Below are positions 45,501-60,125 of a DNA stretch of 64,000 bases, one piece after another (positions within the stretch are counted from its first letter, which is position 1; each line of letters starts with the position of its first letter). Source of the stretch: Eledone cirrhosa. Lineage: Eukaryota. The stretch lies in NCBI GenBank assembly GCA_964016885.1, contig OZ024755.1, positions 44,082,001 through 44,146,000 of the forward strand. Direction: 5' to 3'. The notes beneath the pieces are model-generated. The model was not told the origin of the DNA, made no database searches, and worked only from the letters and a program-made list of their open reading frames with translations. The position numbers were made by a program, and so were the translations under genes.

Positions 45501-46500
45501 ACGTATACTGTGTACCACAGTTGCCAATGCCAACATATACTGTGTACCACAGTTGAGAGTACCAACATATACTGTGTACCACAGTTGACAGTACCAACAT
45601 ATACTGTGTACCACAGTTGACAGTACCAACATATACTGTGTACCACAGTTGACAGTACCAATGTATACTGTGTACCACTGTTGACAGTACCAAAATATAC
45701 TGTGTACCACAGTTGACAGTACCAATGTATACTGTGTACCACACTTGACAGTTCCAACATATAACGTGTACCACAGTTGGCAGTACCATCATATACTGTG
45801 TACCACAGTTGACAATACCAACATATACTGTGTACCACAGTTGACAGTACCAACATATACTGTGTACCATAGCTGACATTACCAACGTATATTGTGTACC
45901 ACAGTTGAGAGTACCAACATACACCGTGTACGACAGTTGACAGTACCAACATTTACTGTGTACCACAGTTGAGAGTACCAACATAAACTGTGTACCACAG
46001 TTGACAGTACCAACATATACTGTGTACCACAGTTGACAGTACCAACATACACTGTATACCACAGTTGACAGTACCAACACATACAGTGTACCACAGTTGA
46101 CAGTACCAACATATACTGTGTACCACAGTTGACAGTACCAACATATACTGTGTACCAGAGTTGACAGTACCAACATATACTGTGTACCACAGTTGACAGT
46201 ACTAACATATACTGTGTACCACAGTTGTCAGTACCAACATGTACTGTGTACCACAGTTGACAGTACCAACATATACTGTGTACCACAGTTGGCAGTACCA
46301 ACATATACTGTGTACCTCAGTTGACAGTACCAACATATACTGTGTACCACAGTTGACAGTACCAACGTATACTGTGTACCACAGTTGACCGTACCAACAT
46401 ATACTGTGTAACACAGTTGACAATACCAACATTATAATGTGTACCACAGTTGACAGTACCAACGTATACTGTGTACCACTGTTGACAATACCAACATATA
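42540..46500. repeat. Distant paralog of the 14.4-18.35 kb block (offset ~28.1-28.2 kb) and the 2.4-5.8 kb block (offset ~40.2-40.7 kb)
   Basis: ORF 42573..43328 matches 14468..15223 and 2408..3163. ORF 43742..44257 matches 15670..16185. ORF 45879..46304 matches 17679..18104 and 5137..5562. The 33-bp CATTATAC monomer is shared at 15541 and ~43646. Confidence 0.82.
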
Positions 46501-49500
46501 CTGTGTACCACAGTCGACAGAACCAACATATACTGTGTACCACAGTTGACAGTACCAACATATTCTGTGTACCACAGTTGACAGTACCAACATGTACCGT
46601 GAACCACAGTAGACAGTACCAACGTATACTGTGTACCACAGTTGAGAGTACCAACGTATAGTGTGTACCACAGTTGACAGTACCAACATATACTATGTAC
46701 CACAGTTCACAGTACCAACGTATACTGTGTACCACATTTGACAGTACCAACATATACTGTGTACCACTGTTGACAGTACCAACATATACCGTGTAACACA
46801 GTTGACAGTACCAACATATACTGTGTACCACTGTTGACAGTACCAACATATACCTTGTACCACAGTTCACAGTACCAACGTATACTGTTTATGTTACCAC
46901 AGTTGACAGTACCAACATATACTGTGTACCACAGTTGAGACTACCAACATATACTGGGTACCACTGTTGACAGTAACAACATATACTATGTACCACAGCT
47001 GACAGTACCAACATATACTGTGTACCACAGTTGACAGTACCAACGTATACTGTGTACCACAGTTGACAGTACCAACGTATACAGGGTACCACATTTGACA
47101 CTACCAACATATACTGTGTACCACAGTTGACAGTACCAACATATACTGTATACCACAGTTGACAGTACCGACATATACTGTGTACCACAGTTGACAATAC
47201 CAACATATACTTTGTACCACGGTTGACAGTACCAACGTATACTGTGTACCACTGTTGACAATATCATCATATACTGTGTACCACAGTTGACATTACCAAC
47301 ATATACAGTGTACCACAGTTGACAGTACCAACATATACTGTGTACCACAGTTGACAGTACCAACATATACTGTGTACCACAGTTGACAGTACCAACAGGT
47401 ACCGTGAACCATAGTTGACAGTACCAACGTATACTGTGTACCACAGTTGAGAGTACCAGCGTATAGTGTGTATCACACTTGACAGTACCAACATATACTG
47501 TGTACCACAGTTGACAGTATCAACATATACTGTGTACCATAGTTGACAGTACCAACGTATATTGTGTACCACAGTTGACAGTACCAACATACACCGTGTA
47601 CGACAGTTGACAGTACCAACATATACTGTGTACCACATTTGAGAGTACCAACATAAACTGTGTACCACAGTTGACAGTACCAACATATACTGTGTACCAC
47701 AGTTGACAGTACCAACATATACTGTGTACCACAGTTGACAGTACCAACATATACTGTATACCACAGTTGACAGTACCAACATATACTGTGTACCACAGTT
47801 GACAGTACCAACATATACTGTGTACCACAGTTGACAGTACCAACATATACTGTGTACCACAGTTGACAGTACTAACATATACTGTGTGCTATAGTTGACA
47901 GTACCAACATATACTGTGTAACAGAGTTGACAGTACCAACATGTACTGTGTACCACAGTTGACAGTACCAAATATATACTGTGTACCACAGTTGGCAGTA
48001 CCAACATATAATGCGTACCTCAGTTGACAGAACCAACATATACTGTGTAACACAGTTGACAGTACCAACGTATACTGTGTACCACAGTTGACAGTACCAA
48101 CGTTTACTGTGTACCACAGTTGACAGTACCAATATATACTGTGTAACACAGTTGACAATACCAACATATAATGTGTACCATAGTTGACAGTACCAACGTA
48201 TACTGTGAACCACTGTTGGCAATACCAACATATACTGTGTACCACAGTTGACAGTACCAACATATACAGTGTACCACAGTTGACAGTACCAACATATACT
48301 GTGTACCACAGTTGACAGTACCAACATATACTGTATACCACAGTTGACAGTACCAACATGTACCGTGAACCACAGTTGACAGTACCAACGTATACTGTGT
48401 ACCACAGTTGAGAGTACCAACGTATAGTGTGTACCACAGTTGACAGTACCAACATATACTGTGTACCACAGTTGACAGTACCAACATATAGTGTGTACCA
48501 CAGTTCACAGTACCAACGTATACTGTGTACCACATTTGACAGTACCAACATATAATGTGTACCACAGTTGACAGTACCAACATATACGGTGTACCACTGT
48601 TGACAGTACCAACATATACCGTGTACCAGATTTGACAGTACCAACATATTCTGTGTACCACTGTTCACAGTACCAACATATACTGTGTACCACAGTTGAA
48701 AGTACCAACGTATACTGTGTACCACAGTTGACAACACCAACATATACTGTGTACCACAGTTGACAGTACCAACATATACTGTATACCACAGTTGACAGTA
48801 CCAACATAGACTGTGTACCACAGTTGACAGTACCAACATTTACTGTGTACCACAGTTGACAGTACCAACATATACTGTATACCACAGTTGAAAGTACCAA
48901 CATATACTGTGTACCACTGTTGAAAGTACCAACATATACTGTGTACCACAGTTGACAGTACCAACATATACTGTGTACCACAGCTGACACTACCAACATA
49001 TACTTGTACCTCAGTTAACAGTACTACCATATATTGTGTACCACCGTTGACAATACCAACGTATACTGTGAACCACAGTTGACAATACCAACATATACTG
49101 TGTACCACAGTTGACAATACCAGCACATATAGTGTACCACAGTTGACAGTACCAACGTATACTGTGTACCACAGTTGCCAATGCCAACATATACTGTGTA
49201 CCACAGTTGAGAGTACCAACATATACTGTGTACCACAGTTGACAGTACCAACATATACTGTGTACCACAGTTGACAGTACCAACATATACTGTGTACCAC
49301 GGTTGACAGTACCAACATATACTGTGTACCACAGTTGACAGTACCAACATATACTGTGTACCATAGTTGACATTACCAACGTATATTGTGTACCACAGTT
49401 GACAGTACCTACATGTACTGTGTACCACAGTTGACAGTACCAACATATACTGTGTATCACAGTTGACAGTACCAACGTATACTGTGTACCACAGTTGACA

Positions 49501-52500
49501 GTACCAACATATAACGTGTACCACAGTTGGCAGTACCATCATATACTTTGTACCACAGTTGACAGTACCAACATATACTGTGTACCACAGTTGACAGTAC
49601 CAACATATACTGTGTACCATAGTTGACATTACCAACGTATATTGTGTACCACAGTTGACAGTACCAACATACACCGTGTACAAGAGTTGACAGTACCAAC
49701 ATATACTGTGTACCACAGTTGCGAGTACCAACATAAACTGTGTACCACAGTTGACAGTACCAACATATACTGTGTACCACAGTTGACAGTACCAACATAT
49801 ACTGTGTACGACAGTTGACAGTACCAACATATACTGTATACCACAGTTGACAGTACCAACACATACTGTGTACCACAGTTGACAGTACCAACATATACTG
49901 TGTACCACAGTTGACAGTACCAACATATACTGTGTACCACAGTTGACAGTACCAACATATATAGTGTACCACAGTTGACAGTACTAACATATACTGTGTA
50001 CTACAGTTGACAGTACCAACATATACTGTGTACCACAGTTGAGAGTACCAACATGTACTGTGTACCACAGTTGACAGTACCAACATATACTGTGTACCAC
50101 AGTTGGCAGTACCAACATATACAGTGTACCACAATTGACAGTACCAACATATACTGTGTACCACAGTTGACAGTACCAACATGTACCGTGAACCACAGTT
50201 GACAGTACCAACTATACTGTGTACCACAGTTGAGAGTACCAACGTATACTGTGTACCACAGTTGACAGTACCAACATATACTGTGTACCACAGTTGACAG
50301 TACCAACATATACTGTGTACCACAGTTGACAGTACCAACATATACTGTGTACCATAGTTGACAGTACCAACGTATATTGTGTACCACAGTTGAGAGTACC
50401 AACATACAACGTGTACGACAGTTGACAGTAAAAACATATACTGTGTACCACAGTTGAGAGTACCAACATAAACTGTGTACCACAGTTGACAGTACCAACA
50501 TATACTGTGTACCACAGTTGACAGTACCAACATATACAGTGTACCACAGTTGACAGTACCAACATATACTGTATACCACAGTTGACAGTACCAACATATA
50601 CTGTGTACCACAGTTGACAGTACCAACATATACTGTGTACCACAGTTGACAGTACCAACATATACTGTGTACCACAGTTGACAGTACTAACATATACTGT
50701 GTACTAGAGTTGACAGTACCAACATATACTGTGTACCACAGTTGACAGTACCAACATATACTGTGTACCACAGTTGGCAGTACCAACATATAATGTGTAC
50801 CTCAGTTGACGGTACCAACATATACTGTGTACCACAGTTGACAGTACCAACGTATACTGTGTACCACAGTTGACAGTACCAACGTATACTATGTACCACA
50901 GTTGGCAGTACCAATATATAATGTGTACCTCAGTTGACAGTACCAATATATACTGTGTAACACAGTTGACAATACCAACATATAATGTGTACCACAGTTG
51001 ACAGTACCAACGTATACTGTGAACCACTGTTGGCAACACCAACATATACTGTGTACCACAGTTGACAGAACCAACATATACAGTGTACCACAGTTGACAG
51101 TACCAACATATACTGTGTACCACAGTTGACAGTACCAACATATACTGTGTACCACAGTTGACAGTACCAACATGTACCGTGAACCACAGTTGACAGTACC
51201 AACGTATACTGTGTACCACAGTTGAAAGTACCAACGTATAGTGTGTACCATAGTTGACAGTACCAACATATACTGTGTACCACAGTTGACAGTACCAACA
51301 TATACTGTGTACCACAGTTCACAGTACGAACGTATACTGTGTACCACATTTGACAGTACGAACATATACTGTGTACCACAGTTGACAGTACCAACATATA
51401 CTGTGTACCACTTTTGACAGTACCAACATATACCGTGTATCACATTTGACAGTACCAACATGTACTGTGTACCACTGTTGACAGTACCAACATATACTGT
51501 GTACCACAGTTGACAGTACCAACATGTACCGTGTACCACAGTTGACAGTACCAACGTATACTGTGTACCACAGTTGACAATACCAACATATACTGTGTAC
51601 CACATTTGACAGTACCAACATATACTGTGTACCACAGTTGAAAGTACCAACGTATACTGTGTACCACAGTTGACAACACCAACATATACTGTGTACCACA
51701 GTTGACAGTACCAACATATACTGTATACCACAGTTGACACTACCAACATATACTGTGTACCAGAGTTGACAGTACCAACATATACTGTGTACCACAGTTG
51801 ACAGTACCAACATATACTGTATACCACAGTTGACAGTACCAACATATACTGTGTACCACTGTTGACAGTACCAACATATACAGTGTACCACAGTTGACAG
51901 CACCAACATATACTGTGTACCACAGCTGACACTACCAACATATACTTGTACCTCAGTTGACAGTACTACCATATATTGTGTACCACCGTTGACAATACCA
52001 ACGTATACTGTGTACCACAGTTGACAGTACCAAAGTATACTGTGCACCACAGTTGACAGTACCAACATATACTGTGTACCACAGTTGACAATACCAACAT
52101 ATACTGTGTACCAAAGTTGACAATACCAACACATATAGTGTACCACAGTTGACAATACCAACACATATAGTGTACCACAGTTGACAGTACCAACGTATAC
52201 TGTGTACCACAGTTGCCAATGCCAACATATACTGTGTACCACAGTTGAGAGTACCAACATGTACCGTGTACCACAGTTGACAGTACCAACGTATACTGTG
52301 TACCACAGTTGACAGTACCAACGTATACTGTTTACCACAGTTGACAGTACCAACATATACTGTGTACCACAGTTGACAGTACCAACATATACTGTGTACC
52401 ACAGTTGACAGTACTAACATATACTGTGTACTACAGTTGACAGTACCAACATATACTGTGTAACAGAGTTGACAGTACCAACATGTACTGTGTACCACAG

Positions 52501-55500
52501 TTGACAGTACCAACATATACTGTGTACCACAGTTGGCAGTACCAACATATAATGTGTACCTCAGTTGACAGTACCAACACATACTGTGTACCACAGTTGA
52601 CAGTACCAACGTATACTGTGTACCACAGTTGACAGTACCAACGTTTACTGTGTACCACAGTTGACAGTACCAATATATACTGTGTAACACAGTTGACAAT
52701 ACCAACATATAATGTGTACCACAGTTGACAGTACCAACGTATACTGTGAACCACTGTTGGCAATACCAACATATACTGTGTACCACAGTTGACAGTACCA
52801 ACATATACAGTGTACCACAGTTGACAGTACCAACATATACTGTGTACCACAGTTGACAGTACCAACATATACTGTATACCACAGTTGACAGTACCAACAT
52901 GTAACGTGAACCACAGTTGACAGTACCAACGTATACTGTGTACCACAGTTGAGAGTACCAACGTATAGTGTGTACCACAGTTGACAGTACCAACATACAC
53001 TGTGTACCACAGTTGACAGTACCAACATATACTGTGTACCACAGTTCACAGTACCAACGTATACTGTGTACCACATTTGACAGTACCAACATATACTGTG
53101 TACCACAGTTGACAGTACCAACATATACGGTGTACCACTGTTGACAGTACCAACATATACCGTGTACCACATTTGACAGTACCAACATATTCTGTGTACC
53201 ACTGTTGACAGTACCAACATATACTGTGTACCACAGTTGACAGTACCAACATGCACAGTGTACCACAGTTGACAGTACCAACGTATACTGTGTACCACAG
53301 TTGACAATACCAACATATACTGTGTACCACAGTTGACAGTACCAACATATACTGTGTACCACAGTTGAAAGTACCAACGTATACTGTGTACCACAGTTGA
53401 CAACACCAACATATACTGTGTACCACAGTTGACAGTACCAACATATACTGTATACCACAGTTGACAGTACCAACATAGACTGTGTACCAGAGTTGACAGT
53501 ACCAACATATACTGTGTACCACAGTTGACAGTACCAACATATACTGTATACCACAGTTGAAAGTACCAACATATACTGTGTACCATTGTTGAAAGTACCA
53601 ACATATACCGTGTACCACAGTTGACAGTACCAACATATACTGTGTACCACAGCTGACACTACCAACATATACTTGTACCTCAGTTAACAGTACTACCATA
53701 TATTGTGTACCACCGTTGACAATACCAACGTATACTGTGCACCACAGTTGACAATACCAACATATACTGTGTAGCACAGTTGACAATACCAGCACATATA
53801 GTGTACCACAGTTGACAGTACCAACGTATACTGTGTAGCACAGTTGCCAATGCCAACATATACTGTGTACCACAGTTGAGAGTACCAACATATACTGTGT
53901 AACACAGTTGACAGTACCAACATAGACTGTGTACCACAGTTGACAGTACCAACATATATTGTGTACCACGGTTGACAGTACCAACATATACTGTGTACCA
54001 CAGTTGACAGTACCAACATATACTGTGTACCATAGTTGACATTACCAACGTATATTGTGTACCACAGTTGACAGTACCTACATGTACTGTGTACCACAGT
54101 TGACAGTACCAACATATACTGTGTACCACAGTTGACAGTACCAACGTATACTGTGTACCACAGTTGACAGTACCAACATATAACGTGTACCACAGTTGGC
54201 AGTACCATCATATACTGTGTACCACAGTTGACAGTACCAACATATACTGTGTACCACAGTTGACAGTACCAACATATACTGTGTACCATAGTTGACATTA
54301 CCAACGTATATTGTGTACCACAGTTGACAGTACCAACATACACCGTGTACAAGAGTTGACAGTACCAACATATACTGTGTACCACAGTTGCGAGTACCAA
54401 CATAAACTGTGTACCACAGTTGACAGTACCAACATATACTGTGTACCACAGTTGACAGTACCAACATATACTGTGTACGACAGTTGACAGTACCAACATA
54501 TACTGTATACCACAGTTGACAGTACCAACACATACTGTGTACCACAGTTGACAGTACCAACATATACTGTGTACCACAGTTGACCGTACCAACATATACT
54601 GTGTACCACAGTTGACAGTACCAACATATACTGTGTACCACTTTTGACAGTACCAACATATACTGTGTACCACAGTTCACAGTACCAACATATACTGTGT
54701 ACCACTGTTGACATTATCAACATATAGCGTTTCCCACAGTTGACAGTACCAACATATACAATGTACCTCTGTTGACAGTACCAACATATACTGTGTACCA
54801 CAGTTGACAGTACCAACATGTACCGTGTACCACAGTTGACAGTACCAACGTATACTGTGTACCACAGTTGACAATACCAACATATACTGTGTACCACAGT
54901 TGAAAGTACCAACGTATACTTTGTACCACAGTTGACAGTACCAACATATACTGTGTACCACAGTTGACAGTACCAACGTATACTGTGTACCAGAGTTGAC
55001 AATACCAACATATACTGTGTACCACAGTTGACAGTACCAACATATACTGTATACCACAGTTGACAGAACCAACATATACAGTGTACCACAGTTGACAGTA
55101 CCAACATATACTGTGTACCACAGTTGACAGTACCAACATATACTGTATACAACAGTTGACAGTACCAACATATACTGTGTACCACTGTTGACAGTACCAA
55201 CATATACCGTGTACCACAGTTGACAGTACCAACATATACTGTGTACCACAGCTGACACTACCAACATATACTTGTACCTCAGTTGACAGTACTACCATAT
55301 ATTGTGTACCACCGTTGACAATACCAACGTATACTGTGTACCACAGTTGACAGTACCAACACATATAGTGTACCACAGTTGACAGTACCAACGTATACTG
55401 TGTACCACAGTTGCCAATGCCAACATATACTGTGTACCACAGTTGAGAGTACCAACATATACTGTGTACCACAGTTGACAGTACCAACATATACTGTGTA

Positions 55501-58500
55501 CCACAGTTGACAGTACCAACATATACTGTGTACCACAGTTGACAGTACCAATGTATACTGTGTACCACTGTTGACAGTACCAAAATATACTGTGTACCAC
55601 AGTTGACAGTACCAATGTATACTGTGTACCACACTTGACAGTTCCAACATATAACGTGTACCACAGTTGGCAGTACCATCATATACTGTGTACCACAGTT
55701 GACAATACCAACATATACTGTGTACCACAGTTGACAGTACCAACATATACTGTGTACCATAGCTGACATTACCAACGTATATTGTGTACCACAGTTGAGA
55801 GTACCAACATACACCGTGTACGACAGTTGACAGTACCAACATTTACTGTGTACCACAGTTGAGAGTACCAACATAAACTGTGTACCACAGTTGACAGTAC
55901 CAACATATACTGTGTACCACAGTTGACAGTACCAACATATACTGTATACCACAGTTGACAGTACCAACACATACAGTGTACCACAGTTGACAGTACCAAC
56001 ATATACTGTGTACCACAGTTGACAGTACCAACATATACTGTGTACCAGAGTTGACAGTACCAACATATACTGTGTACCACAGTTGACAGTACTAACATAT
56101 ACTGTGTACCACAGTTGTCAGTACCAACATGTACTGTGTACCACAGTTGACAGTACCAACATATACTGTGTACCACAGTTGGCAGTACCAACATATACTG
56201 TGTACCTCAGTTGACAGTACCAACATATACTGTGTACCACAGTTGACAGTACCAACGTATATTGTGTACCACAGTTGACAGTACCAACGTATACTGTGTA
56301 CCACAGTTGACCGTACCAACATATACTGTGTAACACAGTTGACAATACCAACATTATAATGTGTACCACAGTTGACAGTACCAACGTATACTGTGTACCA
56401 CTGTTGACAATACCAACATATACTGTGTACCACAGTCGACAGAACCAACATATACTGTGTACCACAGTTGACAGTACCAACATATTCTGTGTACCACAGT
56501 TGACAGTACCAACATGTACCGTGAACCACAGTAGACAGTACCAACGTATACTGTGTACCACAGTTGAGAGTACCAACGTATAGTGTGTACCACAGTTGAC
56601 AGTACCAACATATACTGTGTACCACAGTTCACAGTACCAACGTATACTGTGTACCACATTTGACAGTACCAACATATACTGTGTACCACTGTTGACAGTA
56701 CCAACATATACCGTGTAACACAGTTGACAGTACCAACATATACTGTGTACCACTGTTGACAGTACCAACATATACCTTGTACCACAGTTCACAGTACCAA
56801 CGTATACTGTTTATGTTACCACAGTTGACAGTACCAACATATACTGTGTACCACAGTTGAGACTACCAACATATACTGGGTACCACTGTTGACAGTAACA
56901 ACATATACTATGTACCACAGCTGACAGTACCAACATATACTGTGTACCACAGTTGACAGTACCAACGTATACTGTGTACCACAGTTGACAGTACCAACGT
57001 ATACAGGGTACCACATTTGACACTACCAACATATACTGTGTACCACAGTTGACAGTACCAACATATACTGTATACCACAGTTGACAGTACCGACATATAC
57101 TGTGTACCACAGTTGACAATACCAACATATACTTTGTACCACGGTTGACAGTACCAACGTATACTGTGTACCACTGTTGACAATATCATCATATACTGTG
57201 TACCACAGTTGACATTACCAACATATACAGTGTACCACAGTTGACAGTACCAACATATACTGTGTACCACAGTTGACAGTACCAACATATACTGTGTACC
57301 ACAGTTGACAGTACCAACAGGTACCGTGAACCATAGTTGACAGTACCAACGTATACTGTGTACCACAGTTGAGAGTACCAGCGTATAGTGTGTATCACAC
57401 TTGACAGTACCAACATATACTGTGTACCACAGATGACAGTATCAACATATACTGTGTACCATAGTTGACAGTACCAACGTATATTGTGTACCACAGTTGA
57501 CAGTACCAACATACACCGTGTACGACAGTTGACAGTACCAACATATACTGTGTACCACATTTGAGAGTACCAACATAAACTGTGTACCACAGTTGACAGT
57601 ACCAACATATACTGTGTACCACAGTTGACAGTACCAACATATACTGTGTACCACAGTTGACAGTACCAACATATACTGTATACCACAGTTGACAGTACCA
57701 ACATATACTGTGTACCACAGTTGACAGTACCAACATATACTGTGTACCACAGTTGACAGTACCAACATATACTGTGTACCACAGTTGACAGTACTAACAT
57801 ATACTGTGTGCTATAGTTGACAGTACCAACATATACTGTGTAACAGAGTTGACAGTACCAACATGTACTGTGTACCACAGTTGACAGTACCAAATATATA
57901 CTGTGTACCACAGTTGGCAGTACCAACATATAATGCGTACCTCAGTTGACAGAACCAACATATACTGTGTACCACAGTTGACAGTACCAACGTATACTGT
58001 GTACCACAGTTGACAGTACCAACGTTTACTGTGTACCACAGTTGACAGTACCAATATATACTGTGTAACACAGTTGACAATACCAACATATAATGTGTAC
58101 CATAGTTGACAGTACCAACGTATACTGTGAACCACTGTTGGCAATACCAACATATACTGTGTACCACAGTTGACAGTACCAACATATACAGTGTACCACA
58201 GTTGACAGTACCAACATATACTGTGTACCACAGTTGACAGTACCAACATATACTGTATACCACAGTTGACAGTACCAACATGTACCGTGAACCACAGTTG
58301 ACAGTACCAACGTATACTGTGTACCACAGTTGAGAGTACCAACGTATAGTGTGTACCACAGTTGACAGTACCAACATATACTGTGTACCACAGTTGACAG
58401 TACCAACATATAGTGTGTACCACAGTTCACAGTACCAACGTATACTGTGTACCACATTTGACAGTACCAACATATAATGTGTACCACAGTTGACAGTACC

Positions 58501-60125
58501 AACATATACGGTGTACCACTGTTGACAGTACCAACATATACCGTGTACCAGATTTGACAGTACCAACATATTCTGTGTACCACTGTTCACAGTACCAACA
58601 TATACTGTGTACCACAGTTGAAAGTACCAACGTATACTGTGTACCACAGTTGACAACACCAACATATACTGTGTACCACATTGACAGTACCAACATATAC
58701 TGTATACCACAGTTGACAGTACCAACATAGACTGTGTACCACAGTTGACAGTACCAACATTTACTGTGTACCACAGTTGACAGTACCAACATATACTGTA
58801 TACCACAGTTGAAAGTACCAACATATACTGTGTACCACTGTTGAAAGTACCAACATATACTGTGTACCACAGTTGACAGTACCAACATATACTGTGTACC
58901 ACAGCTGACACTACCAACATATACTTGTACCTCAGTTAACAGTACTACCATATATTGTGTACCACCGTTGACAATACCAACGTATACTGTGAACCACAGT
59001 TGACAATACCAACATATACTGTGTACCACAGTTGACAATACCAGCACATATAGTGTACCACAGTTGACAGTACCAACGTATACTGTGTACCACAGTTGCC
59101 AATGCCAACATATACTGTGTACCACAGTTGAGAGTACCAACATATACTGTGTACCACAGTTGACAGTACCAACATATACTGTGTACCACAGTTGACAGTA
59201 CCAACATATACTGTGTACCACGGTTGACAGTACCAACATATACTGTGTACCACAGTTGACAGTACCAACATATACTGTGTACCATAGTTGACATTACCAA
59301 CGTATATTGTGTACCACAGTTGACAGTACCTACATGTACTGTGTACCACAGTTGACAGTACCAACATATACTGTGTATCACAGTTGACAGTACCAACGTA
59401 TACTGTGTACCACAGTTGACAGTACCAACATATAACGTGTACCACAGTTGGCAGTACCATCATATACTTTGTACCACAGTTGACAGTACCAACATATACT
59501 GTGTACCACAGTTGACAGTACCAACATATACTGTGTACCATAGTTGACATTACCAACGTATATTGTGTACCACAGTTGACAGTACCAACATACACCGTGT
59601 ACAAGAGTTGACAGTACCAACATATACTGTGTACCACAGTTGCGAGTACCAACATAAACTGTGTACCACAGTTGACAGTACCAACATATACTGTGTACCA
59701 CAGTTGACAGTACCAACATATACTGTGTACGACAGTTGACAGTACCAACATATACTGTATACCATAGTTGACAGTACCAACACATACTGTGTACCACAGT
59801 TGACAGTACCAACATATACTGTGTACCACAGTTGACAGTACCAACATATACTGTGTACCACAGTTGACAGTACCAACATATATAGTGTACCACAGTTGAC
59901 AGTACTAACATATACTGTGTACTACAGTTGACAGTACCAACATATACTGTGTACCACAGTTGACAGTACCAACATGTACTGTGTACCACAGTTGACAGTA
60001 CCAACATATACTGTGTACCACAGTTGGCAGTACCAACATATACAGTGTACCACAGTTGACAGTACCAACATATACTGTGTACCACAGTTGACAGTACCAA
60101 CATGTACCGTGAACCACAGTTGACA
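44900..60125. repeat. Duplication of a ~5.3-kb block at ~9.9 kb distance (~44900-50205 vs ~54790-60125; offset 9890-9922)
   Basis: ORF pairs 45389..45952 vs 55279..55842 (9890), 46889..47206 vs 56811..57128 (9922), 47267..48007 vs 57189..57929 (9922) and 49011..49475 vs 58932..59396 (9921). A 5-bp insertion monomer is shared at ~46885 and ~56807. Confidence 0.9.

Noticed and set aside
1805-56583. Four short plus-strand ORFs (1805..2128, 14345..14539, 46437..46661, 56359..56583)
   Set aside because: They arise where point variants (TTCAC, TTGGC, GTCGAC, GTAGAC) remove the per-monomer TGA in consecutive in-frame positions. They are translations of the satellite.
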